A DNA stretch of 64,000 nt from Chiloscyllium plagiosum. Taxonomy: Eukaryota. The stretch is taken from NCBI RefSeq assembly GCF_004010195.1, contig NC_057718.1:71523486-71587485 (forward strand), read 5' to 3'. Shown here in pieces: positions 26,101 to 41,100 of this stretch. The position numbers were made by a program, and so were the translations under genes. The notes beneath the pieces are model-generated. The model searched no databases. It was not told the DNA's origin and was given only the letters and a program-made list of their open reading frames with translations. Numbering within the stretch: the first letter of the stretch is position 1; each line of letters begins with the position of its first letter.

Positions 26101-29100
26101 GAGCCTTTGGCATTGACCTTCAAATCATCATTGTCTACAGGAATAGTGCCTGAGGACTGGAGGATAACAAATGTGGTTCCCTTGTTCAAAAAGGGTAGTA
26201 GAGACAACCCTGGTAATTACAGACCAGGTGAGTCTCACTTCAGTTGTTGGTAAAGTGTTGGAAAAGGTTATAAGAGATAGGATTTATAACCATCTAGAAA
26301 AGAATAATCTGATCAGGGACAGTCAGCACGGTTTTGTAAAGGGTAGGTCGTGCCTAATCATATTGAGTTTTTTGACAAAGTGACCAAACAGGTAGATGAG
26401 AGTAAATGGGTAATGTGGTGTATATGGATTTCAGCAAGGTGTTTGATAAGGTTCCCCACAGTAGGCTATTATACAAAATGCAGAGGAATGGGATTGTGGG
26501 AGACATAGCAGTTTGGATCAGTAATTGGCTTGCTGAAAGAAAACAGAGAGTTGTAGTTGATGGAACATGTTCATCTTGGTGTCCAGTTACTAGCGGCGTA
26601 CCGCAAGGGTCGGTGTTGGGTCCACTGCTGTTCGTCATTTTTATAAATGACTTGGATGAGGGCTTAGAAGGGTGGGTTAGTAAGTTTGCAGACGACACTA
26701 AGATTGGTGGAGTTGTGGATAGTGACGAAGGATGCAGTAGGTTGCAGAGAGACATAGATAGGATACAGAGCTGGGCTGAGAGGTGGCAAATGGAGTTTAA
26801 TGTGGACAAGTGTGAGGTGATACACTTTGGCCGGAGTAATTGGAATGCAAAGTACTGGGCTAATGGTAGGATTCTTGGGAGTACAGATGAGCAGAGAGAT
26901 CTCGGTGTCCATGTACACAGATCCCTGAAAATTGCCACCCAGATTGACAGGGTTGTTAAGGCATACAGTGTTTTGGCCTTTATTAATAGAGGGATTAAGT
27001 TCCGGAACCAGGAGGTTATGCTGCAGCTGTACAAAGCTCTGGTATGGCCACACTTGGAGTATTGTGTACAGTTCTGGTCGCCATATTATAAGAAGGATGT
27101 GGAAGCTTTGGAAAGGGTGCAGAGGAGATTTACAAGGATGTTGCCTGGTATGGAAGGAATGCCTTACGAGGAAAGGCTGAGGGCCTTGAGGCTATTCTCG
27201 TTAGAGAGAAGAAGTTTGAAAGATGACTTAATAGAGACATACAAGATAATCAGAGGGTTAGATAAGGTGGACAGGGAGAGCCTTTTTCCAAGTATGGGGA
27301 CGGCAAACACGAGGGGACACAACTTTAAAGTGAGGGGAGGTAAGTATAAGACAGGTGTAGTATCTTTACTCGGAGAGTAGTAAGAGTATGGAATGCTTTG
27401 CCTGCATCGGTAGTAGATTCGCCAACTTTAAGTGCATTTAAGTCATCATTGGACCAGCAAATGGACGTACATGGAATAGTGTAGGTGGGATGGGCTTCAG
27501 ATTAGTATGACAGGGCGGTGCAACATCGAGGGCCGAAGGACGTGTACTGCGCTGTAATGTTCTATCTTATAACAGGTGCTCCCAATCCACATTCCCCAGC
27601 TGAATGTTGGTTTAGTTGGCCTTCCCCCAATTTAGCGCTCTTCTTTTAGGATCACTCTTATCTTTGTCCATGAGTATTCTAAAATTTACGGAATTGTAAT
27701 CACTTTTCCCAAAGTAATCCCCTACTGAAACTTCAACCACCTGACCAGGCTCATTCCTCAACACCAGGTCAAGTATGGCACCTTCCCAAGTTGGACTATT
27801 TACATACTGCTTTAGAAAATCCTCCTGAATGCTCCTAACAAATTCTGCTCCATCTAGACCTCTAACACTAAGTGAATCCCAGTCAATGTTGCGAAAATTA
27901 AAATCACCACCACCCTGTTGCTCCTACATCTTCAGTCTACTTACGTATTTGTACCTCTACCTCTCGCTTGCTGTTGGGAGGTCTGTAGTACATCCCCAAC
28001 ATTGTTACTGCACCCTTCCTGTTTCTGAGCTCTGCCCATATTGCCTCACTGCTCGAGTCCTCCATAGTGCCCCCTTTCAGCACAGCTGTGACATCCTCTC
28101 TGACCAGTAATGCAACTCCTCCACCCTTTTTAACTCCCTCTCGATCCTGCCTGAAGCATCTATATCTTGGGATATTTAGTTGCAAATCTTGCTTGTCCCT
28201 CAATCAAGTCTCAGTAATATCAATAACATCATACTCCCAGGTACTAATCCAAGCCCTAAGTTCATCTGCCTTACCTATTACATTTCTCGCATTAAAACAA
28301 ATACACCTCAGACCACCAATCCCTTTGCGTTCATCATTGGCTACCTGCCTACTCTTTCCCTTAGTCACGCTGACTTCATTATCTAGTTCCTGTGAGGGCT
28401 TTAGATTAGACTCCCTACAGTGTGGAAACAGGCCCTTCGACCCAACAAGTCCACACCGACCCTCCAAAGAGCAACCCACCCCCTCTGACTAATACACCTA
28501 ACACTATGGGCAATTTAACATGGCCAATTCACCTGACCTGCACATCTTTGGACTGAGGGAGGAAACCGGAGCACCCGGAGGAAACCCACGCAGACACGGC
28601 GAATGTGCAAACTCCACACAGACAGTTGCCCGAGGCCGGAATTGAACCTGGGACCTTGGTGCTGTGAGGCAGCAGTACTAACCACTGAGCCACTGTGCTG
28701 CCCTCAGTTGCTATCTCCTTACTGTCCACTAACCACCTCATTTGATTCCCATCCCCCTGCCACATTAGTTTAAACCCTGCCCAGCAGGGTTCGCAAAAGC
28801 ACCCCCAAGGACATTGGTTCCAGTCTGGCCCAGGTGTAGACCGTCCAATTTGTAATAGTCCCACCTCCCCCAAAACTGGTCCCAATGTCCCAAAAATCCC
28901 TCCCTCCTGCACTATCTCTCAAGCCATGCATTTATCCTGATTACCACGCGGCACTCGGTCGCAATCCTGAGATTACTGCTGCTGAGGTCCAACTTTTGAA
29001 CTTGGTTCCTAACTCCCTAAAATCTGCTTGTAGGTTTAAAAAAAATGAATTGAGGTCCTATGTCATTGGTGCCAGTATGCACTACACCAACTGGCTTTTC

Positions 29101-32100
29101 ACCCACCCTCTTCAGAATGTTCTGATCTGAGACTTTCCTGACCCGTGCACCTGGGTGTCAACATACTAATTGGGAGTCTTGTTTTCAAACACAGAACCAC
29201 TTATCTACTCCCCTTACAATTGAACCCGCTATGACTATAGTCCTTCCACTCTCTTTCCTGTCCTTCTGTATAGCAGAGCCAGCCACAGTGCCATGAACCT
29301 GACTACTGCTGCCTTCTCTTGGCGAGCCATCTCCTCCAATACCTGTTTTGGAGGGAGGTGACCGCAGGGGTCACCTGCACTGCTTTCCTGCTCTTTCTCT
29401 GCCTTTTGGTCACTCATTCAATTTTTCCCTCAGCAATCCTAATCTGTGGTGTGACCAATTTGGTAAACGTGCTATCCACGACATCCAGATGCTTCAAAGT
29501 GAGTCCACCCACAGCTCCAGAGCTGTAATTCAGTCTAACAAGAGGTGCAGCTGGACACACTTCCTGCCGTGAATGAGTCAGGGACATCAGCCTTGTCCCT
29601 GAGCTCCCACATTGAGCAAGAGGAGCATAACATGGGTCTGAGATTTCCTGCCATTGTTAAGCTTAGTTTAGTCCAACTATAATGTCAAATAATAGATAAG
29701 CAGAAAAGGGAAAAAAAGAATTTTTTACCAATTACACGATAAAAAAGAAATAGAAAAACGAGGGTAGGTGAGGACCACTACACGTGTAGTGTCTCTGGTT
29801 CAGCTACTGCCCAAATATATCAGTTTACTCACTCTCCCAGATGGTAATTCGACTGCTCCCACTCAGCTCCTCGCTCTCAATGCTCCTGCTGCTGCTGCTT
29901 CAGAAATGGAGGCAGCTGATTCTTGAGGTAAGTCCTTTTAGATGAAAACTTACCTTTCCGGCAGCCCCCGGTCCTCGCTCTCACTGCTCCTGCTGCTGCT
30001 GGAGGCCGATTTTTGTTCTTTCCTACTTTCCTTAATACTTCAAGGGGTTCATCAGTTCCCTTCCTCCCAATCTTAAATTTTCTTTCTTGTTCATTCTGAC
30101 TAAGGTCCCTCATCATCCAAGGTTCACATAACATGCCTTACCTATCCTTTATTCTCGCAGGAATGTGCCACTACTAAACTCTTATCAGTTGTCATTTGAA
30201 ATAGTCCAACATGTCCAATGTGGATTTATTCTCAAACAGTTGCCTCTAATTGATGTTCTCCAGTCCTGTTGAATATTATTGTAGTTTGCCTTCTGCCAAT
30301 TTAACACACTCACCCAAGGGCTGATGTTATCACTATCCATGAGTATCTTAAAACTCTTGGTATTATGGTCACTATTCTTGAAATGCTCCCAACGGAAACT
30401 TCACTCACCTGGTTGAGCTCATTTCCTAAAGCCAGGTCCAGTATAACCCCTTCCCTGGTTGGACTTTTTATATACTGTGTCAAGAATCCTTCCTGAATGG
30501 TCTTTACGAATTCTGCCCCATTCAAGCTTCCGGCATGAAGTTAGTCAATATCGGGGAAGTTAAATCTGTCTACGTATTATTACCTCTGCTCATGAGTTTT
30601 TGCTGTTAATATTACAAAAGCAGATCTTGTAATTCATTTTTATATTGGATTATTCTCTTACTGTCTATTTGCCTCTTACTGTTCTTTCTCACCTATGTGC
30701 ACTTAAATTTTGAACCTGTGCTTCCTTATACCTTCAACCCATTATCTAATTCCTTTGTTGTTCAGGGAGCTCAGGCTCTATTTACCCACCCTTTCCCTGT
30801 TCAGGAATGTACTGACTGTATCCATACCATTTCCAGTTTAAAAGCTATATCCTCTTCCATTATATTTCTGTCTGGCAGTCTGAAGCTCGAAATTACCTAG
30901 TCTGATTCCTTCTCAATTCATTATCACTTCTGTGGTTAAAAATTTCTATTATTGTTCCTTCGTCTTGTCACAGATTGAGCACTACAATTGCTTGCAGATT
31001 GTTAAAGATTGAGCACTTCAGATTGTGATTGCCCTTCATCAGAGCTGAAGTTATGTTATACTTCCAATGGAGATCACATTTGAAAAAAGTTCTGATCTTC
31101 ATATCCCATTTGTTTGATGCTCTAGCTGATTTATAACTTACAGATAGTTTGCCACTTTTGCATGAGTGGTGGGGGCAGTTTTGAGGGCAAGCAATTGTAG
31201 TTTCTGCCTTGGTGTACCCATTTGGTGAACTCTGTTAGCATTGAATAATTGAAATCAAAAATCACGCTTTATATATGAAGGTTGTAGAAATGTGATAAAA
31301 TGTATAAAATTACTTTTATGGTAAAAGAAATCTGATCAAAATGTGGTACTATACGATTCTGCACCTGAACCTGACATTTAAATTCAGGATCATAACAAAC
31401 CAGGCATGTTGGCAAAGCTCATAAAGAAAAGAACTACAAAAGCTGCTAATCTGAAACAAAATCAGAAATTGCTGGAAAAACACAGGTTTGACAACATCTG
31501 TGGAGACAAAGCAATTAACATCCAAATTTTAAAGACTGGTCACTGCATCTGAAATGTTAACTTCTTTTCCTCTATAGATGCTTCCAAATCTGTTGAATTT
31601 CTGCAGCAGTTTCTGTTTTTGTTTGGCTAAGTTCATGTCAGTTTAATGTCGTGACAGGATAAAATAGTGAGTCGATGGTGAGACTGTGAATATTTGTGCC
31701 TGAATTGATGTGTAATCAACCTTGCAAAACAAAATGCAAAATATGTAACCGTGCTAATTAAAGTTATAATTGGAATGACCACCTTTGAGAAGCTATTCCA
31801 TAAATAAATGCTTGTTAATGTTGTATATTTGTTTGTACTTTCATGTTGTGATAGCAAATGATGTGAGTGGGTTAAGAGAGTCTGAAGAGAAGCTGAAGCA
31901 GCAGCAACATGAATCTGCTCGAAGGGAGAACATCCTTGTTATGAGGCTAGCTACTAAGGAACAGGAAATGCAAGAGTGTACTGTAAGTATTTTCTATTGT
32001 GTTTGGACCCTTTCTAATTTATTTACGTTAACATGAACACACTAATGAGGTATTGTGGATTACTAGTAAAGGAATGCTTACAATCAATAATGAAAACTAC

Positions 32101-35100
32101 AATTATTCTTTCACTCCCACATTTCAGAATTTTAACTTTTAAGACCATGATCTCAAATCATTTTAAATTAATTTTTTTCCACTTGTATTCTATGCCTTAT
32201 TTTAGTCAATCATTCATACAAATAGGAATAAGTAATTAAGCTCATTAGGGATGTTTATTCCTCGTCTCTTAATATTCTTACATGTGATTGATCCTAGTCC
32301 CCAGTATTTAAAGGCTCATGAGCCTTTTCATTTGCTTCTCCCAAACTTCTCTCTGTTCTGTCCAGTTTTTCCCTTCTGTAGTTCCACTTCTTTAATTCCA
32401 GAGCCACGCTCACCAGTGATAAGAAAATAAAGAGGAATAAATTTATTATCAATTAACAGTCACCGCAAGGCATCATCATTGCCCGTCTTTAAAAATTATA
32501 GTCTCTGGTGTAGAGTTTAATGTTTGAAATGCATGTGTTCTTGTTCTCATGTCTTACCTAATGTTTTGGAGTAATAGAATCAGTGACGTCCTTGGGGTTA
32601 CCATTGACCAGAAACTGGATCAGCCGTATGTCACAGACTACTCTTCACTTAACTGGGTGCGTGCAGCCTAATAGCCCTCAAATTCAATGCCATATAAGGC
32701 CAGGTACCCATTTGATGACAGCTTATCTGCCATCTTAAGTGTTAACTATTTGCATTATGTACTGTTGAAACTTGGCAAGTTGTACTTAAATGACCTTTAC
32801 CAACTAGAAAGCCAAGATCAGCAGACACATGAACACCACTACTTGCAAATTCGCCTCCAAATCACATCATCCTGACATTAAAGTGCAGAAGAACCTCGAT
32901 TATCCAGCATTCAAGTAACTGAATTTCGGATCATCTGAACAAGATCACAAGGTCCCGATGCATGACTGAATGTTATCTGGCATTCAATTAACCAAACTCA
33001 ATTCTCCCCGCCCATGCCCTTCGGATAACAGAGGTTCCTCTATATTAGATTAGATTACTTACAGTGTGGAAACAGGCCCTTCGGCCCAACAAGTCCACAC
33101 CGACCCGCCGAAGTGCAACCCACCCATTCCCCTACATTTACCCCTTTACCTAACACTACGGGAAATTTAGCATGGCCAATTCACCTAACCTGCACATCTT
33201 TGGACTGTGGGAGGAAATCGGAGCACCCGGAGGAAACCCACGCAGACACGGGGAGAATGTGCAAACTCCACACAGTCAGTCGCCTGAGTCGGGAATTGAA
33301 CCCGGGTCTCTGGCGCTGTGAGGCAGCAGTGCTAACCACTGTGCCACCGTGCCGCCCACAATGTTGGCGTTCCTTCCCTGTTGCTAAGTACAAATGTGGG
33401 AACTCTTCTCAAACAGCAATTGGGAGTGCCTGCACCACTTGCCTGATGAGTGCACTTCAAAAACATTCAAGAAACTTGTCACCATTTGAGGCACAGCTGT
33501 CTGCTTGATAGGCATCACATTCACAAACCTTCACTGCATCCTCAAAGCTCAGTAGTAGGTGTGTACCATCTACAAGATGCACAACAGCAATTCACCACAA
33601 AGGTCCTTAGCACTTGCCTAAGTCATGATCATCACCACCTAGAAGGATAAAAGCAGCACATTAATGGGACAGTACCACCTGCAAATTCCTCTCCAAGCCA
33701 CCTCCAGACTTTGGAAGTATATCACTGTTCCATCAGTGTCACTGGGTCATAATGCTCAAACTCCCATCCTGATAGCATTGTGGAAGTACCTACAGCAAAT
33801 TGATTTCAATAGTTGAAGAAGGCAGTATACCACCAGCTCTCAAGGGCAACCAGGCAGGGACAATAAACAGTGATCTAGCTAATGACATACACAGCCTGAG
33901 TGAATTTTAAAAAAAAGTTTGAACATATTATCTATCTACATCATGGCTTTTCACTGTTCTAATGCCTGCTTAATCTCCAGTTTATACAATTCCTGCAAAG
34001 CTAAATTTCCTCAACCCTGATGCCTTTGAAGTAATTTTCTTCAGCCTCCAAGGCCTTGCCATTCTTCCTGAAATGACTGGAATGATGTCTGAGTTATTTA
34101 TAAAGGGGTACCATAACTCTTGCTGGCCCACTGTTTCTATTTATAAAGTAATGGATTCTGTCCATTTCTAAAACAACGTTATCAACTTCAAAAGGTAAGT
34201 GTTGTCGGATGGAAGTAGATTACTGGAACTTTGGAATTTGAGCGAGCAAAAGAAGTCAACCAACTTAAACTGCCTTTCCCAGTTCTTGGTCTATATCCTT
34301 ATAGGTTACAGCAATTGCGCATCTAAGCTTTTTTTGTATAAACGCAATGAGTTTCCCTTTCTGCATTGAGTTCCAAAATAGGTGAAAATGTTTAGGGTGT
34401 AGGTTTGCTCGCTGAGCTGTAGGTTTGATATCGAGACATTTCATTACCTGGCTAGGTAACATCATCAGGTGAAAATGTTTCTGCGCATCTAAATCCTTTT
34501 GCCAATTAATTTAAATCTGTGCCCTTCATTTAAGTCTGCATGTGGTTTCTTCTTTTCTAGAGAAAACAGCCCCAACTTATTTAATATTTTTCCCCTAATA
34601 CAAAATTCTCAGTTCCTAGTAACATCCTCTTAAATTTCTTTTGTCCTTGCTAATTGATCAAATCATTCTCTTATGTGGTGCCCTCTAGCTGTGGTCTAAC
34701 TAGTGCTTTATTCAGTTTAACCAAACCCCCAGCTGATAGCCTCGATCCTTCTTTTTAAAAAAAACATGTGCATTGACATCCTTTTGTTCCTCCACACTTC
34801 TCAATATCCTGCAATTATTGTGTATGACCATGCCTATTGTTTTTCCAACTTGTCTTGTTGGAATTCCAAGTGCTCCTTTTTCTGCCCACTGGTCTAGATC
34901 ATTGATCAAGCAAACTAACTCTTATCAACCACGCACCCAATTTTTCTAGCACTGACAAATTTATATAACTGTCATCTCGTAAGTATTTACCAACTGCAGA
35001 CAGTTGTGTCTGAATTCCCAGGTGTCTTTGCTCCTGGACCCCTTTTTAATGTCAAGATTTGATTGACATTGCATTTCATTTTTAGTCCCAATCTATCACT

Positions 35101-38100
35101 GCACTTTATCGTAAAATTGACCCACAGATGCAATTTAATGAGTCTGTCTTTCTGAAGTCATCTACTAATATCATTTTAAATATATTTCATGTTTGTTGCA
35201 GGTTGGGGTAATACCAATTTGTCTAACTAGATCTTTCTAATCAATTTGTTCAGGGTTGTAATGACACACCACCTGAAACGTTTGAAATTTGTACAGTCAG
35301 AAGGGACTGTACTGCTGTCACGAGCCCAAAATTCATCTGCTTTAAATGCAGATCATGTTTCAGATTGGCAAATTACCATATCCTTCCACATCCGACAGAA
35401 ATTTACATGTACCTCAACCAATGTCGTCTTCTGTATCCATTGCATCCGATGTGGTCTCCATTACGTCAGGGAGACAGGACGCCAACTTGAAGATCGTATC
35501 AGAGAACTTCTCTGGGAAATCTGCACCAACCAGCCCCACTGCCCCGTGGCTGGACATGTCAGCTCCCCCTCCCACTGCCAAAGACACGCAGATCCTGGAT
35601 CTCCTCCATCGCGAAACCCTTACCACCCGATGCCTGCAGGAAGAAAACCACCTGTTCTGCCTTGGGACCCTGCAACTGCACAGGATCAACGTGGATTTCA
35701 CCAGTTTCCTCATTTTCCCCTCCCATTTATCTCTCAGTCCCCCCTTCGGCCCACAAGCCTCATTCCTGATGAAGGGCTTATGCCCGAAACATCGATTCTC
35801 TTGCTCCCGGATGCTGCCTGACCTGATGTGCTTTTCCGGCACCGCACTCTCTGCTTAGGCATTCAATACGATCTTCGATGACCTCCTCCTTTTCCCAACT
35901 CCACATTCTGATCGATGCCTAATAACTTTTAATGCCCTTGCTAGTCAAAAATGTAACAATCTTAGAGTCATAGTCATAGAAACATACAGCACGGAAATAG
36001 ACTGTTTGATCCAAGCAGTCAATGTCGAACGTAATCCCAAATTAAGTGAGTCCCACCTGCCTGTTCCTGGCCCATATCCCTCCAAACTTATTTGTGTATC
36101 CACCCAAATGACTTCGAAATGTTGTAATTGTAATACCTGCATTCACCATTTTCTCAGGAAGTTCATTGCAAGTGCAAACCACACACTGTAAAAAAAAACA
36201 ATCACCTCATCATTTTTAAATCTCTCTCCTCTCGTCTTTAAAAATGAGCCCCCAGTCTTCAAATCCCCATCTTCGAGTTAATGGTAGTTGACTTTTCCCT
36301 AACTGTGCTTCTCATTATTTATAAAGTTGTCAGGTTACCTCCCAATCTCCTACGCTCCAGTCTGTCCAGCCTTTCTTGACAACTCAAATCTTCTTAACCC
36401 TGTAACATCCTGGTAATTCTTTTCTAAACCCTTTCCAACCTGATAATGTCCTTCCTATAGCTGGGTGAACAGAACTGGACACAGTATCCCAGAAGAGGCC
36501 TCACTAATGTACTGTATAACCTCAACATAACATCCCAACTCCTACACTCAAAGGACTGACCTTTGCAGGCAAGCATGCCAATGCCTTTTTAACCACCCTG
36601 TCTATATGTGATGCAAACTTTAAAAAATTATGTACTTGCACCCCTAGGTCCCTCTGTTCTACAACACTGCCCAAGGCCTTAACATTAATTGTATAAGCCC
36701 TACCTTTATTTGTTGTATCAAAATGCAATACCCCGCATTTATTCAGATTGAATTCCATCTGCCATTTTTCAGCAAATTGACCCATTTGATCAAGATCCTT
36801 TTGTAATCTTAGAAAGCCTTCATTTTCTAAGATGCCACCAATTTTAGTGTCATCTGCAAACTTGCTAACCAGGCCTCCTGTATTCTCATTCAGATCATTT
36901 ATATAAATGACAAACAAGAGAACCCAGAACTGATGCCTGTGGAGCACTGCTGGTCATAAGCCTCCAGTCCGAATAGCAACCCTCCACCATTACTCTTAGC
37001 TCCTGCAGTAAGCCAAAGATGTATCCAATTGGAAAGCTCATGCTGAATCCTACGTGACCTATCTTTACTAATTAGTCTACCATTGTCAAAGGCTTTAGTA
37101 AATCCAAATTAACAGCATCAACCTTTTTTGGTAACTTCTCAAAAAAAGCTCAGTCAAGTTTTCCTTGCACAAAACCATGCTGACTATCCTTAATTTTTGC
37201 CCCTCTAAATGTCCATATATCTTATCACCTCCAACAATTTACCCACAAGCAAAGTCAGACTCAGGTCTATAGTTCCCCAGTTTCTCCTTACAACCTTCCT
37301 TAAACAAAGGTACAAGATTAGCCACCCTCGAGTCATCAGGCAGCTCACCTGTATTTATAGATTATGCAAATACTTCTGAAAGGGTTTTCGTAATTTCCTC
37401 CCTTACTTACCACAGCATTCTGGGATACATTAGTTTAGGTCCTGGAGATTTATCTGCTGTTTATAAGATTTTCCGAACTTCCTTCTGTAATATGAACTGT
37501 TTTTAAAATGAGGTTAAAAATCATACAACACCAGGTTATCATCCAATAGGTTTATTTGAAAGCAGGTACCTGTGGAACAGGACCATAAGACACAATTTAT
37601 AGCAAAAGATTACAGTGTCATGCAACTGAAATGAATTTAGTAAGTCTTTCATCTTTTAGAATGGGTTGCAGGTTTCTGTTCATTAATATGTAAATCCCAG
37701 AACTACTTTTATAGAACATAGGGAAGTATAGCACAGAACAGGCCCCTTGGCCCACGATATTGTGCCGAGGTTTAATCCTAATGTAAAATATACTAACAAC
37801 CTATGCACCCCTCAACTCACTGCTGTCCATGTGCATGTCTAGCAGTCGCTTAAATGTCCCCAGTGACTCTGCTTCCACCACTACAGCTGGCAACGCATTC
37901 CATGCATTCACAACTCTCTGCTCTTTATACATTCCTCCTAATATCTTCAAACTATGACTCCTCGTACTAGTCAATCCTGCCCTGGGGAAAAGTCTCTGGC
38001 TACTGACTCTATCTATTCCACTCTTCAATCAGGGCTCCTCTCCAGAGAGAAAAGTCCAAGCTTATTCAACCTTCCTTCATAAAGCAAGCCCTCCAGTCCA

Positions 38101-41100
38101 GGCAGCATCCTGGTAAACCTTCTTTGCACCCTCTCCAAAGCCTCTGTTTCTTTCCTTTGGTAGGGCGACCAGAACTGGACACAATATTCCAAGTGTGGTC
38201 TCACCAGGGACTTGTAGAGCTGCAGCAAAACCTTGCGGCTCTTAAACTTGATCCCCCTGTTACTGAAAGCCAAAACACCATATGCTTTCTTAACAACCAC
38301 TTGGGTGGCAACTTTGAGGGATCTATGCACTTGATTGGATTAGATTACTTAGTGTGGAAACAGGCCCTTCAGCCCAACAAGTCCACACCAACCCTCCGAA
38401 CAGCAACCCACCCAGACCCATTCCCCTACATTTACCCCTTCACCTAACACTACGGGCAATTTAGTATGGCCAATTCACCTAATCTGCACATTTTTGGACT
38501 GCGGGAGGAAACCGGAGCACCCAGACGAAATTCACGCAGAATGTGCAAACTCCACATGGACAGTTGCCTGAGGCAGGAATTGAACCCAGGTCTCTGGCGT
38601 TGTGAGGCAGCAGTGCTAACCACTGTGCCACCCTACTTGCACACCCAGATGTCTCTGTTCTTCCACACTGCCCAGAATCCTGTTTTTAATCCTATATTCA
38701 GTTCGACCTTCCAAAATGTGTCACTTCGCATTTATCCAGGTTGAACTGCCATTTCTCAGCCCAGCTCTGCATCCTGTCTATGTCGCGCTGCAGCCTGCAG
38801 TAGCCCTCTATACTAGCAACAACACCTCCAATCTTTGTGTCATCTGCAAATTTACTAACCCACCCCTCAACCTCCTCATCCAAGTCATTTATAAAAACTA
38901 CAAAGAGCAGAGGCCCAAGAACAGAGCCCTGCAGGACCCCACTCAACACTGACCTCCAGGCAGAATACTTTCCATCTACAACCACTCTCTGCCTTCTGTC
39001 AGTCAGCCAATTCTGAATCCAGATAGCCAAATCTCCCTGTATCCCATACTTTCTGACTTTCTGAATGAGCCTACCATGATGAACCTTATGAAATGCCTTG
39101 CTGAAATCCATATACACCACATCCACCGCTCGACGTGTCTTAACACCACCTCAAAGAACTCAGTAAGATTTGTGAGGCATGACCTGCCCCCCTCGAAGCC
39201 ATGCTGACTGCCTTTAATCACACTATGCTTTGCCAAATGGTCATAAATCTTATCCCTCAGAATTCTTTCCAAAACCTTGCTGACCACCAACGTAAGACAG
39301 GTCTGTAATTGCCAGGGATTTCCCTATTACCCTTCTTGAAAAGAGGAACAACATTCGCCTCCTTCCAATCCTCCGGTACGACTCCCGTGGAGAGGGAGGA
39401 GGCAAATATCCTTGCCAGCAGCTTAGCAACCTCCTTTCTCGCTTCCTGGAGCAGCCTAGGATAAATCTGGTCATATTCTTGAGATAACGTAAGGTTTTAT
39501 TTTAAAGTGACATCTACTTGCAGACACATTCTATTTCACTGGAAAAGCGCACAATCTGCAGGCAGTCAATCCATGTAATATTTTACACATTCCACTTTGG
39601 AAGTAGAACCAGTCTGACTTGAGCGTGAGAAACGGACAGACTCTAACCTCAAACCTTTGTCTGAACTGAGATGTCACTTTTTTTTAATATAGGTTTGGTG
39701 CATGCTTATTGGTTTTCAGCTTATGCATACTGGGTAATGTTCAGGTTCGTGTTTGGTTTTTCATTAAATTTTCATTAAAATCGAAGCCAGCAGAATTTAG
39801 GAATGGACTGTACAAAGTGCACCTTGTTTCCCCAGTATTCCTGTTTAAAAGATGGCAATTAATGTAAAGACTTTATCAGGAGCATGTAGAGGCCAAAGTC
39901 ATGTAAAACCTCCAAACAGCCAACAAGTACCCACTCTGCACACAGTTCTTTTGAGTTCAAGACAACAGTTTTGGTCATTTGCCTATGCAGTATGGGACAA
40001 TGGGCATTGAACTTTGAATAATAGACTATGGCAGGCATTCCTGCCCTTGATCACATCCGGATTGTATATATGGTTGTCTGATAGCAACTACCAACTAGAG
40101 GTGTGCCTCCATTAATTCTTTTATCTGTTTTCCATTGTTCCCTGCATTCACCACACGATAAGTTAACTTTATTACAGAAATTGTCATACTACAATTTTCA
40201 GTGCATTGTACAGTGCATATGTACTTTTTTTCGTATGAATAGAAAAGAGATGGAGTTATTTTCTATGCAGTCCTGTGCATTACCCCTCTTTGAAAGCTGT
40301 TTCTCAACACACTTTGTACATAGCTGAAGCAACATGCTTGTTTTATGCCACTCCTTCGGTAGTTTGCTGTTCAGATGACAACTTTACAAACCATTTATAC
40401 ATGGAGTCATTGCAGTGTAGAAGTTACTCAGCCATGGGGGTTTATTTCCTTGCATTGAATGTGTTCCTGCTAGTATATTTCCTCCAAGCACCCAGTTAAC
40501 TTTGTTTGATTCATTGATTCACCTTACATTTTATGTTAATGTGGCAAATAGATCCTAACTATCTGGAATAAGAAAAAAGTGATGGAAATGACTCAAGATT
40601 TGTCAGCATCTGTGGATAGAAATGGTTATCTGAAAGGTCTTTGGCCTCAAATCTTAACTATTTTTGATTGGATCATTGACCTGAAATGTTACCTCTATTT
40701 CTGCTCTTTGGGTGCAGCTAAGCTGGCTAAGTATTTCCTTGTAGACAGGCAGGAGCTGGAAAATCACAACAAGCCAGGCAGCATCTGGAGGTGCAGAATT
40801 TGACATTTTGTGTGTAACCCTGCTTCAGGACTTTGTGCAGCTTTTATTCCTTCAATGTTCAGTGTTGAAGTGAAACTTGTAAAGCTTAAATAATTGGCTT
40901 GGTTTCTTACAATGTTTGGATGTGATATTATCTATTGTTGAATTCTGATTTCTTAAAATGAATTTTAGTAAGTTTAGTACAAATCTACAAAGAGGTTAAT
41001 TTGGCAAACAACAAGTTAGTAACTGAATATTTTGAAATGTGAGTGTATTTATCTGGATGTTGGTGAAACCTCTGTTCTATGAACAATTTGAACACTTAAA

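Larger units (their letters stand above)
32570..33915 (+). mobile_element. Old LINE/SINE 3'-tail fragments of a second family (related pieces at about 19570-19745, 59340-60240 and 61890-62500 minus)
   Basis: Recurrent motifs GGGGTTACCATTGACCAGAAACT and AAGAAGGCAG..CACCAGCTCTCAAGGGCAA..CAATAAA are shared between the loci; family not identified. Confidence 0.5.

Noticed and set aside
29868..30000. Direct repeat TCCTCGCTCTCA(A/C)TGCTCCTGCTGCTGCT, two copies about 105 bp apart
   Set aside because: Most simply part of the 5'UTR of the adjacent minus-strand CR1; only two units, not an array.
40745..40830. Possible additional hammerhead on the minus strand (CUGAAGC..AAAAUGUC)
   Set aside because: Both core segments are mutated and stem II is poor; only a relic, so not counted.
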